This document shows, one piece after another, positions 1 to 9,519 of a DNA stretch of 64,000 nucleotides (position 1 is the stretch's first letter; every line of letters starts with the position of its first letter). Location of the stretch: assembly GCA_963798485.1 (NCBI GenBank), contig CAWCTR010000024.1:32001-96000 (forward strand). The letters are read 5' to 3'. The position numbers were made by a program, and so were the translations under genes. The notes below the pieces were generated by a model. The model did no database searches and was not told where the DNA came from. It saw only the letters and a list, made by a program, of their open reading frames with translations. This DNA is from an uncultured delta proteobacterium. GTDB lineage: Bacteria; Desulfobacterota; Desulfomonilia; UBA1062.

Positions 1-7
1 CATTTTG

Positions 8-874
8 TTAATTCATGTTTTCGAGAACTCTCCGGACTTCCACGATCCTGGGAAAGTAGTGCTCCGACTCAAGGTCTTCGACTGTGATCACATGGGTACG
101 TGAATTACATGAAGCATGGATAAATTGACCATTCCCGACATAGAGCCCAACATGGTTGACACGGTAGTGGTCCCTGATCCTGTGGTGCATTTTGAAGAAG
201 ATGAGGTCCCCTGGTCTCAGATCAGACAGACGGACTGATTCCCCCTCCTGTGCCTGTACTCGCGATGACCTGCCTAATGGTATACCATTCTCATTGAACA
301 CATACTTGACGAACCCGGAACAATCAAACCCACTCGGCGTTGTTCCTCCCCAACGGTATGGAGTTCCAAGATAGTTGTATGCCGACTCAAGGATCTTGAC
401 GGTCCGTTCGTCCAGTTGCCCATCATACATAACCTTTTTGTATAGATCAGGAGAATCTTTTGCCAGCCAAAGGTCTGAAGGCGGCATAGTTGGAAGCTCG
501 TAGTCTAGGGCTGCTTTTATATCGGTGTGTGAAATTGATGACTGGGTATAATTGTGCTTATGTGCTTTGGCCTTTTTCGTATGCTTTGCGTGTATGGTTT
601 TCTTATGGTTCTTATTGCCGTCACCTGCTGATGCATGCTTGGCCTTAGCCTTTTTCTTTGAAGCATTCGTTTTCTTGCTTGAGAGTCTGGCCTGCACGTT
701 GTTTGCTATCTTCTTAGGGTGCTTGTGATTCTTTGCAGCTACAGATTTTACCTCCTTCTTGCTGGTTGTTTGTGCTTGAGCAACCTGCCCCAAATCTGCC
801 AACATAAACCCAAGGGCCAATGCACATATAACTGGACCTAGAATGAATCTCCTCATAATGACAAACTCCCTCAA
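8..874 (-). CDS. NlpC/P60 (C40) peptidoglycan endopeptidase with signal peptide and Lys/His-rich linker
   Basis: LGTPYRWGG-GFDCSGF and HVGLYVGNGQFIHAS motifs; N-terminal signal peptide. Confidence 0.93.
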   Translation of the reverse strand: MREFVIMRRFILGPVICALALGFMLADLGQVAQAQTTSKKEVKSVAAKNHKHPKKIANNVQARLSSKKTNASKKKAKAKHASAGDGNKNHKKTIHAKHTKKAKAHKHNYTQSSISHTDIKAALDYELPTMPPSDLWLAKDSPDLYKKVMYDGQLDERTVKILESAYNYLGTPYRWGGTTPSGFDCSGFVKYVFNENGIPLGRSSRVQAQEGESVRLSDLRPGDLIFFKMHHRIRDHYRVNHVGLYVGNGQFIHASCNSRTHVITVEDLESEHYFPRIVEVRRVLENMN

Positions 875-1067
875 TCACAGTTTAACATCCATTTATTCGG
901 GCCAAGATATTAGGCCACCATCTGGGAATTCATTTATACCTGCCCGGTGGGAGATATGTCAAGATAACGAAAATGCATTGAGGACTACTCTTTGATAAAA
1001 TAAAACATTTTTACCTTCAAGATAATATGAAATAATAACAATAATATTCGGGATATTACCTGCCTGT

Positions 1068-1940
1068 TCAATAACCCATGGCATGCAACAACAGCACAAC
1101 GGCGGAGGCGAATAGACAGTAGTAGCCGAAGTAATGCCATTTTCCTCTCTCAAGCCAGCGAGACAGCCAACGTAATGCCAGGAGACCTGCAAGGAAACTA
1201 CAGACCAAACCAAACAAACCAGGTAAGATGAGATCCATCAGCGGGGAAGTTGCGGAAACTGCTTGAACCGGATGTGATTTAACCAGCCTCATGGCTTCGT
1301 GTACAAGCACAGGAGGTGTGAGAATAACAGCAAGGGCAAAGCTAAATTCCTCAACTGGCCGTTTCGATACGCCTGTCAACAACCCAGATGAAATTGTAGC
1401 ACCCGAGCGTGAAAATCCACGGAACGGCAGACACATACCCTGTATCATACCTATCCAGAATGCATTTTTTATTTGGACCGGGGTTTCCTGATCATTCATA
1501 ACCCTGTGGTACCGTAGCCCCGAGTACACGATTAAAATTCCAGCGGCAGCCAGTGCGATAGCAATAAGCGGGAGATTCCCGAACAGCTGCTCAATCTCAG
1601 CCTTAGGAGCATTACCGAATGCATATCGCTCAATGGCAGTCTTGATAGTTATCCCCACAATACCGGTCATCATGGTTGCGAGAAAGAGCAGCCTTGCACT
1701 GAGCAATGTCTCTCTCCATGAAAAAAAGTAGGTTTGCTTCCAAGATTTCCAGAAATAGACAATAACTGCCAACATCGTGCCTGTATGCAACATCACCAGA
1801 ACAAGAGTCATTTCCGGTGTAGTAGGATCTAACCCGAGGAGCTTCTCTGCAATGATGACATGGGCAGAACTAGATATGGGGAGCAGTTCTGCCAGACCTT
1901 GGATGATTGCCAAAATCACAACTACAAAAATAAAATTCAA
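1068..1940 (-). CDS. uppP: Undecaprenyl-diphosphate phosphatase (BacA family), copy 1
   Basis: IQGLAELLPISSSAH and RGFSRSGATI motifs; multiple TM helices. Confidence 0.9.
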   Translation of the reverse strand: MNFIFVVVILAIIQGLAELLPISSSAHVIIAEKLLGLDPTTPEMTLVLVMLHTGTMLAVIVYFWKSWKQTYFFSWRETLLSARLLFLATMMTGIVGITIKTAIERYAFGNAPKAEIEQLFGNLPLIAIALAAAGILIVYSGLRYHRVMNDQETPVQIKNAFWIGMIQGMCLPFRGFSRSGATISSGLLTGVSKRPVEEFSFALAVILTPPVLVHEAMRLVKSHPVQAVSATSPLMDLILPGLFGLVCSFLAGLLALRWLSRWLERGKWHYFGYYCLFASAVVLLLHAMGY

Positions 1941-2053
1941 GGTTAACCCTCCATTGGCCGAGATCGGTTCTATATCATTATCTACACAGGGTAAAGGAAA
2001 TATAAAAATCTATATCCGAGTATAGACAGATCTCTTGCATTGATTTCCACTTC

Positions 2054-2923
2054 ATGCTTAAGGATCGATCCATGAACAGACAGAAACTGCTAACCTATAT
2101 TATTCCGGCCTTGGTGATTGTGATATTGCTTTGCCTTACTGGGATATGGACTCCAGCATACGCAGCAGACCAGAAAGTATTCGTTCTCTGTTATCATTCT
2201 TTCCTCGGGAACAAGAAATTTGCAGGCGATATTTCCTTGCAGGAACTCCGCTCTCAAATGGATTACTTCCAGAGCAAGGGGTTCCATTTCATATCATACA
2301 CAGACCTCCTCAATAGCAAGGTCACAGGGACACAGAACCTGCTTCTCGTTATTGACGATGGGAATCAGAGTGTCTACCAAGCATATCAGGAGATTCTCAA
2401 GCCCCGGCATATCAAGCCCATTCTGGCTATTTATCCATCCATTATCGGGAAAAAATCCTTTGCCCTTACCTGGGATCAATTGAAGGAACTCTCAAAAGAT
2501 GGATGTGATATCGCTGCGCATGGGTACTACCATGAGCTCATGAGCCAGAAATTCTATGACAAAAATAAGAAAGGGTTTCTCAGGGAGATCTATGATTCTA
2601 AAGAGACCCTGGAGAAAAACCTAAATAAGAAGATCACAGTCTTTGTATATCCGAACGGAGTGCGAGCCGACATTACGAAAAAGACTCTCAAAGAAGCCGG
2701 ATACTCTTACGCCTTTACTATCAACTGGGGACCTGTGCTCTCTCCTTTGAGACTGAACAAAGATCCCTATGAGCTTTCCCGCTATATGATCTGGAGAGAC
2801 CACGAGAAAGAAAACTGGCGCATGATCTCAGGTGCAATCCTCAAGGCCTCTACCAATGTGGACTCTCCCAAAGTAGCTATTTCAAGAGTGCAGGCAACCC
2901 CCATGGGACCCCGGCTCAATTAG
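2054..2923 (+). CDS. Secreted polysaccharide deacetylase (CE4/NodB)
   Basis: VLCYH, IDDG, AHGYYH, FVYPNG motifs; signal peptide. Confidence 0.88.
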   Translation: MLKDRSMNRQKLLTYIIPALVIVILLCLTGIWTPAYAADQKVFVLCYHSFLGNKKFAGDISLQELRSQMDYFQSKGFHFISYTDLLNSKVTGTQNLLLVIDDGNQSVYQAYQEILKPRHIKPILAIYPSIIGKKSFALTWDQLKELSKDGCDIAAHGYYHELMSQKFYDKNKKGFLREIYDSKETLEKNLNKKITVFVYPNGVRADITKKTLKEAGYSYAFTINWGPVLSPLRLNKDPYELSRYMIWRDHEKENWRMISGAILKASTNVDSPKVAISRVQATPMGPRLN

Positions 2924-2969
2924 GGCTCCCTCCTCTCGGATAGGCAATAAGAGTATTTTACAAGGGGCA

Positions 2970-4433
2970 TTGATAAACACCATGAATATGTATAAAGCCA
3001 GAATCATACCCGTAATCATTACAATAGGCATACTTCTTTTACTCCCCGACATTCAGAAAGCTGTTTTTGCCGCCACATCGGGTGCAAAAGAAAAATATCG
3101 GGAAGCTAATGCGGCATACATTGAGCTATCACGAGATGCAAGCCTCCGGAAGGACAAAGCCAACTGGCTGAAGGTGGTGCAAAAATTTGATGATGTTGCA
3201 ACAGGATACCCTGAATCGTCTTTTGCCCCGAAAGCTTTGTATATGGAGGGCAAGCTCTACGAGCAGATCTATGGCTACTTCTCGAAAAAACATGATCTTA
3301 AGAGTGCCCTCGAAGCATATGAAACAATTATCAGAAAATATCCGGATTCTACGATTGCAGCAGATGCCCTTTTCAAGGAGGCAAAAGTTTACGAGGTCAG
3401 GTTAGGAGAGAAAAAGAAGGCCATCGAACTATATCATGAGATCGTGAAGAAGTATCCAACAGGGGATATTCCCTTGAAGGCGAGAGAGGCTCTTAACAGC
3501 CTCAGTAAAAACAAGAACGGGGGTGAAGAGAAGGCTCCCAATGTAGAAGATCAGGAAGGCAACGATCTCAAGCACAAGGAGACAAAACAACCTGATAAAA
3601 CCCTTGACCAAAATGAGGATGCGATCACTAAGGTGAAGGATGATACACTTTCACAAGGAACGAATGATCAGTCTTCCACAACAAAACGACTCTCTCACAA
3701 AATATCAAAGATCGTCATTGATCCAGGCCATGGAGGGAGGGACCCCGGAGCACTAGGACCACATGGTGAGAAGGAAAAAGATATCACCTTGGAGGTTGGT
3801 AAAAAGCTTGCAAAACTTCTGTCAGAAGAAGGCTTCGAAGTCTTCCTCACCAGGGACGAAGATGTATTTATCCCTCTTGAGGAAAGAACAGCCTTTGCAA
3901 ACAAGAAGAAAGCGGATCTCTTTATTGCCATCCATGTGAACTCAAACCCTGATAAATCTTTGAATGGGGTTGAGACCTACTTTCTCAATATGACAAAAGA
4001 TGACTATGCCATTAAAGTTGCTGCAACAGAAAATGAAACAACAACCAAATCGTTGAGTGATCTCCAGTTCATCATCAACGACCTTATGCTTAACAGCAAA
4101 ATAAATGAATCATCCAAGTTTGCCACATACGTTCAGAACTCCATTATCTCATCTAACAAGGAATCCAACCATACTTGCCAAAACCATAGTGTCAAACAGG
4201 CCCTTTTCTATGTCCTGGTAGGTGCGCAAATGCCGGCTATCCTGATCGAGACCGGGTTCATCAGCAATCCTAGCGAATGTAAACTCCTGCAGAAAGAATC
4301 TTACCAGAACAGCATTATTGACGGTATCATCAATGGCGTAAATGCATACGCCAATAATGGTACTGACGCGGGAGTGAATGCAGTCAGAAGTAACCACCCG
4401 AACCTAAAAAAGAAAGGGTCGGCCAACGAATGA
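2970..4433 (+). CDS. N-acetylmuramoyl-L-alanine amidase (Amidase_3) with N-terminal TPR repeats
   Basis: IVIDPGHGGRDPGA, EKDITL, IAIHVN, ILIETGFISN motifs; TPR-like N-terminal region. Confidence 0.92.
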   Translation: MINTMNMYKARIIPVIITIGILLLLPDIQKAVFAATSGAKEKYREANAAYIELSRDASLRKDKANWLKVVQKFDDVATGYPESSFAPKALYMEGKLYEQIYGYFSKKHDLKSALEAYETIIRKYPDSTIAADALFKEAKVYEVRLGEKKKAIELYHEIVKKYPTGDIPLKAREALNSLSKNKNGGEEKAPNVEDQEGNDLKHKETKQPDKTLDQNEDAITKVKDDTLSQGTNDQSSTTKRLSHKISKIVIDPGHGGRDPGALGPHGEKEKDITLEVGKKLAKLLSEEGFEVFLTRDEDVFIPLEERTAFANKKKADLFIAIHVNSNPDKSLNGVETYFLNMTKDDYAIKVAATENETTTKSLSDLQFIINDLMLNSKINESSKFATYVQNSIISSNKESNHTCQNHSVKQALFYVLVGAQMPAILIETGFISNPSECKLLQKESYQNSIIDGIINGVNAYANNGTDAGVNAVRSNHPNLKKKGSANE

Positions 4434-5530
4434 GAAAGAGAAGGAAAAAGATCAAGGTTAATCATGCTACTCTCCTTGCTATATTTGCAATCATACTGGT
4501 CCTTGTGGGGGCAGTCATATATCTGGAAAAGGGTACCCATAGAAGGGAAGCACAAATAGTACCTTCGGTTCCTCAGAAGCTGGTGGGAACAGAATTGATC
4601 ATCAAAGGCTGTCTGTTCGATCTCGGAATTCATAAAGATCAGACAACAATACGCAATCACACAATCAAGGTGGAGTCCCGTGAAAACTTTACCCGTGATC
4701 AGTTGTCATCCGCATTCAAACCAGTCGAGAAATACGGCAGAATTGATATCAAAGATATCGGGCATACGACAATTGAAGTTAGTGGCGAGATCTGGGTGAT
4801 CGAATTCATTTACCCGAAAAAGGAAGTAGCAGCTGTGATTCCTCCCAAGCCTGTCATTCCTACTCTTCCAGGAGTTCGTATGGCCATCATCGTGGACGAT
4901 ATGGGCACTGATATGAAACCTGCAGAACAGCTCTCTTCCATTGATGGTGATCTTACTTTTTCTGTCATGCCTTTGCGCCCGCACTCACAAGAGGTTGCAC
5001 AATATCTCCATACAAAGGGCCATGAGGTCATGTTACATCTACCTATGCAAGGTGCTGCCGGTCATGACCCCGGTGAGGGAGCGATCTTCAAGGGCATGGC
5101 CCCTGATCAGATCCGGACCATACTGTTGGGTGATATCAGGGCTGTGCCATATATATCTGGTGTGAACAATCATATGGGCTCCGAAGTGACTCAGGATAGG
5201 GAGATCATGATGCTTGTTGAAACAGAGCTAAAAAATAAGAAACTCTTCTATATCGATAGCCTTACTTCAGGTAAATCAGTGGGATTTAAGGTTGCCCAGG
5301 AGATTGGCCTTCCATGGAATGAACGTGATGTGTTCCTTGATGATGAGCTGAATGAAGCCTACATCCTTGGCCAGCTTAAAGAGCTGAAAAGAAAAGCTGT
5401 AAAACATTCAAGCGCTATTGGCATCTGCCATCCGCACCCTGAGACCATAGCAGTTTTACAGAGGGAGGTGCCCAAGCTCAAAGATGAAGGGATAACACTC
5501 GAACGTGTTTCAAAACTTATTCACGAATGA
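4430..5530 (+). CDS. Divergent polysaccharide deacetylase (YibQ family)
   Basis: AIIVDDMG, LHLPMQ, GVNNHMGS, YIDS, RDVFLD, AIGICHPHP motifs; overlaps amidase stop codon. Confidence 0.92.
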   Translation: MRKRRKKIKVNHATLLAIFAIILVLVGAVIYLEKGTHRREAQIVPSVPQKLVGTELIIKGCLFDLGIHKDQTTIRNHTIKVESRENFTRDQLSSAFKPVEKYGRIDIKDIGHTTIEVSGEIWVIEFIYPKKEVAAVIPPKPVIPTLPGVRMAIIVDDMGTDMKPAEQLSSIDGDLTFSVMPLRPHSQEVAQYLHTKGHEVMLHLPMQGAAGHDPGEGAIFKGMAPDQIRTILLGDIRAVPYISGVNNHMGSEVTQDREIMMLVETELKNKKLFYIDSLTSGKSVGFKVAQEIGLPWNERDVFLDDELNEAYILGQLKELKRKAVKHSSAIGICHPHPETIAVLQREVPKLKDEGITLERVSKLIHE

Positions 5531-5820
5531 TCATTAGGGATACAGTACTCGTGTGCCTTATTCGCATATTCTTGTTTCATAAGAATCTCAAATAACAGAA
5601 AATACTCATCATCCAGAGTCTTTGTAAACTAATCCTATGCTTCAGACGTCTTACCCAATATTACAGATTTTTAAGGGCATATATGAAACTAAAACACTTC
5701 TCAATCGTAATCAGTCTTTCATTGCTCAAGCAGCTCTGTGGGTTAACCGATATGAGAACCATCAATGAATAACCATAATGAACCAGAAATGAGAATATTC
5801 CGTAGCAGGAGGATATCAGC

Positions 5821-7707
5821 ATGAAAGAAAGATTATCTACAGCCTGGAAGGGAATTAGTTTTATCCTATTTTTGTCTCTGATTTTTATCATACAAGGGTG
5901 CGGAGGCAGTGGAGGATCAAATTCAGGAAGTGGTATTTCTTCAAGTTCAGGCCAGGCTCTGATAGGCCTTACAGATGCCGCTGGGGATTTCGTGACCTAT
6001 CAGGTGGATGTAACCTCTCTCACGCTGACCAAAGCCAATGGCGCCGTGGTCCAGACTCTGCCTCTGAAAACCAGCGTGGATTTCACTCAGCTGACGGATA
6101 TGACGGAATTCCTGACTGCAGGTACAATCCCGGCTGGTGACTATACCAAGGCCGTCCTCACGCTGGACTATTCAAGTGCTGTCATTAAGGTGGAGAACTC
6201 ATCAGGAGCTGCCGTACAAGTCCCGGTTTCGAATATCCTTGACGAAGACGGCAATCCCATCACACAACCGGTCCAGGTTACGGTGAATCTGGATGTATCT
6301 TCTCTCACCATCGCCCGGGGAGTACCGGCCCATCTTTCTCTCGACTTTGACCTTGCGGCAACGAACACCGTGACTTTTGCTGAAGACGGCACACCCTCAG
6401 TGACGGTAACCCCTATTCTCAAGGCCGATCTTAAGCCAAGAGAAGACAAGATCCAGCGCCTGAGAGGCCCATTGCAGGATGTGAATGTGGCGGAAAGCTC
6501 ATTCGATATTATCCTGCGTCCTTTTGCCCAGGACCTCAAGGTTCATGACAAAGATTTCGGAACCATGAAGGTCACGGTTGATAGCAGCACCGCTTTTAAT
6601 ATTGATGGGGTAGTTTACACCACAGGCGGACTCCAGGCACTTGCAGCTGAGCCTGCATACACAGGGGTCATTGCCCACGGTCAATTTTCGACTACACCGC
6701 AACTCCACTTTGTCGCCACAGAGGTCCTTGCCGGATCGAGCGTGCCGGGCGGTACAATGGATGTGGTGAAAGGGACCGTGATAAGCCGCTCTGGTGATGT
6801 GATAACACTCAAGGGTGCAACCCTCATAAGGGCAGGGGGTAGCATTGTGTATAATGATAAGATCAAAGTAACATTAGGTAGCGGTACCAAGGTAAGTAAG
6901 CAGCAGTCTAAAGACAAGACCCTCACAAAAGATGATATCTCAGTGGGCCAGTGTGTCATGGTATTCGGGACACTTACAAGTACCGATGCCGCTAACCTCC
7001 AGCTTGATGCATCCAGTGGTTATGCACGTATGTTTCTGACTGTACTTATCGGAAGCGTAGCGACCCCGGACAGCAGTGCGGAGTTGGGAATCAACCTGCA
7101 GGCTATTGACTGGCGGAAGATATCGCTGTTCGATTTTGCCGGGACAGGTGACGTTTCAGCCCATGATGCCAACCCTCTCAACTACATTGTGGACACAAGC
7201 ACCCTTGACACTGCTTCACTTACCATCGGGACACCGATCAAGGTAAGGGGGTTTGTGAGTCCGTTTGGTACTGCTAACCCTACAGCAGTCCCTGACTTTG
7301 AGGCAGAGACCATTGTTGATGTTTCCGATGTACCTGGGCTTATGAATGTAGGCTGGGGACTAGGGAAGAAAGATGCATTCAATGGTATCACAGGGACTGG
7401 ACTCTCATTGCACCTCGGGGACACTGGGTTCTTCCATCGAATCAATAGGGTGGGTGTTATGACGGATCTGGATTCACTGTCAGTCACAACCCCAGAGATT
7501 GTTCCCTCGGGAAACAGCACGGACCGGTTCCGAATAGACCAGGGTAGTATCTCCCAGGTTTACACATCCTACTCAAGCTTTGAAACCGATCTCCAGAGCA
7601 AGATTACAGGGGGAGCTAAGGTGAAGCACATCTATGCCTGGGGGACATTCAATAACACAACCTCAACCCTGACCTCAGGGTATGTTATCGTGAAACTCAG
7701 CAGTTAG
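5821..7707 (+). CDS. Large lipoprotein, DUF4382-like N-terminal domain plus beta-rich repeats
   Basis: Lipobox IQG-C followed by a G/S linker; IGLTDA and LDFDLAATN motifs; AGGAGG RBS. Confidence 0.7.
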   Translation: MKERLSTAWKGISFILFLSLIFIIQGCGGSGGSNSGSGISSSSGQALIGLTDAAGDFVTYQVDVTSLTLTKANGAVVQTLPLKTSVDFTQLTDMTEFLTAGTIPAGDYTKAVLTLDYSSAVIKVENSSGAAVQVPVSNILDEDGNPITQPVQVTVNLDVSSLTIARGVPAHLSLDFDLAATNTVTFAEDGTPSVTVTPILKADLKPREDKIQRLRGPLQDVNVAESSFDIILRPFAQDLKVHDKDFGTMKVTVDSSTAFNIDGVVYTTGGLQALAAEPAYTGVIAHGQFSTTPQLHFVATEVLAGSSVPGGTMDVVKGTVISRSGDVITLKGATLIRAGGSIVYNDKIKVTLGSGTKVSKQQSKDKTLTKDDISVGQCVMVFGTLTSTDAANLQLDASSGYARMFLTVLIGSVATPDSSAELGINLQAIDWRKISLFDFAGTGDVSAHDANPLNYIVDTSTLDTASLTIGTPIKVRGFVSPFGTANPTAVPDFEAETIVDVSDVPGLMNVGWGLGKKDAFNGITGTGLSLHLGDTGFFHRINRVGVMTDLDSLSVTTPEIVPSGNSTDRFRIDQGSISQVYTSYSSFETDLQSKITGGAKVKHIYAWGTFNNTTSTLTSGYVIVKLSS

Positions 7708-7720
7708 TCTGAAACATGAG

Positions 7721-7762
7721 CGGGGCGTGCTTTAAATACACGCCCCGTATCCTGTCTTTTTT
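7721..7762 (+). terminator. Probable intrinsic terminator
   Basis: CGGGGCGTG/CACGCCCCG stem just after the lipoprotein stop, followed by a T-run. Confidence 0.7.
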
Positions 7763-7815
7763 CAATATTTCAGTGGTAAAGATGCTATGTTGAAGTGTTA
7801 TTAGCTTGAGTGTTG

Positions 7816-7994
7816 ATTACTTCGATTTTATCACGGTTTTGAGAAAGCCGAAAACTGTTGATCTTGGTTTGAAATCTATGCAGCAAAGCCCTCCACATCA
7901 GAGCGTGTTGAATCATGTTATCGTCGCTTTTCCATGCCCCCCGCTTTTCCGATGATTATGAAAAGTAATCTATTCTCTGGAATAACCATTGGCC
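7816..7994. repeat. ~180-bp diverged direct repeat, copy 1
   Basis: Shares ATTACTTCGATTT, CTATGCAGCAA, TTTTCCATGCCCC, CGATGATTATGAAAA and AATAACCATTGGCC with 9466-9519 + 11373-11491. Confidence 0.85.
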
Positions 7995-8199
7995 CTGGCA
8001 CAATAGATGGGCGGTTTTAGAATATCCCAATACCGATTATTCTCCAAATAAACACCTACGCAAAAAGAAACTTCAATCTAGAAGGACCTGGTGGCATGGA
8101 ATGTATGTTATAAGTAATTTAACAGCATATTGCACTTGCACTCAATATCTGGATATTCCGCAATAGTGCTCCTGTTAACAATGATGATATACTGGAATA

Positions 8200-9387
8200 G
8201 TGCAGTATAATAAATGGCCGGAAAGAACAAATCAATTTATGATTTGCCTCATCCGCATACAAGCATTCGACTGGAAACTCATGGCTTTTCGCTGCGCAAT
8301 ATTCGCGGTCACCATCGTGATCTGGGCGACGTTTGCAGCGGCGGCTGAACTGGAAATTCGCATCGATAATCCACCTATGAATGGAACCGTGATTGCGCTA
8401 CTGTTCAACTCTGCCAGCACGTTTGTCGACCTTCGCGATCCGGTGAACGTTGTCACTCTTCCTTCCGGTGGCACCATGCCAGGACGCATTCATGACCTAC
8501 CCAGTGGCGAATATGCATTGGTAGTTTACCAGGACGAGAACAGCAACGGACTCCTGGATAAGAATTTCATTGGTATCCCGCGTGAACCTCTTGGCTTTTC
8601 AAATAGCTACTGGCCACAAGGTCCTCCTGCCTTCACCCGCGCGGCGTTCCGGCTCGAAGAAGGTGAAACGAAAACAATAGATATCAAACTGCAATCGGTC
8701 TTTGGGAAGTTGGGTCTACTGGGTGTCGGTGTGGGTGTCATCTTGCAGACCAGCCCGTACCGTGATTCCAAACACTTGATTGTTCAACCCATTCCCGCGA
8801 TCAGTTACATCGGCGACTGGGTTCAGATTCTCGGTCCTACAGCCCAGTGCGGCATTATGAATTGGAGTAATGTCAGACTTGCAGCAACTGCGAGTTATCG
8901 TCTTGGAGCCTACCGCGAAAGTGACAGTCCCTACCTGCATGGCATGGGAGATCGCGATGACACTCTGATGGGAGGCCTGGCATTACAGGTTCAATTACCT
9001 GCGGGCTTCGAACTTTCGGCCGGGTATGAGCATGACCTACTCAACCGCATCGGTGGCGGCAACGGCCGCATAGGACTGGAAAAGGCTTTTCAGCAAGGTC
9101 TGCTGACGGTTTCTCCACAACTGGCGCTAAACTGGTTTACAGCTGAACTGGCCGACTACGAATATGGAGTGCCCGCAGACCGAGTCCGCGAGGGTCGACC
9201 AGCCTATCATCCCAGCGATTCAGTGAATCTCGAAATAGGGGTTACTCTATTCCGAGAACTTTATGACGATTGGCGAATTATCCTTACTGGGAGTGTCATA
9301 TTCCTGCCCTCGGAACTCACCACCAGCCCGATTGTGGGTCAGGCGCACGTGTTTAATGGTTTTATTGCAGTCACCCGGTTGTTCTAA
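8200..9387 (+). CDS. DUF2141 + MipA/OmpV family outer-membrane protein fusion (start may be ~8281)
   Basis: GEYALVVYQDENSNGLLDKNFIGIPREPLGFSN (DUF2141); C-terminal beta-barrel with DYEYGV and terminal Phe. Confidence 0.8.
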   Translation: MQYNKWPERTNQFMICLIRIQAFDWKLMAFRCAIFAVTIVIWATFAAAAELEIRIDNPPMNGTVIALLFNSASTFVDLRDPVNVVTLPSGGTMPGRIHDLPSGEYALVVYQDENSNGLLDKNFIGIPREPLGFSNSYWPQGPPAFTRAAFRLEEGETKTIDIKLQSVFGKLGLLGVGVGVILQTSPYRDSKHLIVQPIPAISYIGDWVQILGPTAQCGIMNWSNVRLAATASYRLGAYRESDSPYLHGMGDRDDTLMGGLALQVQLPAGFELSAGYEHDLLNRIGGGNGRIGLEKAFQQGLLTVSPQLALNWFTAELADYEYGVPADRVREGRPAYHPSDSVNLEIGVTLFRELYDDWRIILTGSVIFLPSELTTSPIVGQAHVFNGFIAVTRLF

Positions 9388-9519
9388 CGACGATATGCTG
9401 AGAAATGAAAGTAGTAAGAGGCCAACAAGCGCCTCCACATGTACAAGAAGTTATCCGATATGAATATTACTTCGATTTCGTCTCGGTTTTTAACTCTCTG
9501 AATCCTGATGATCTTAGGT

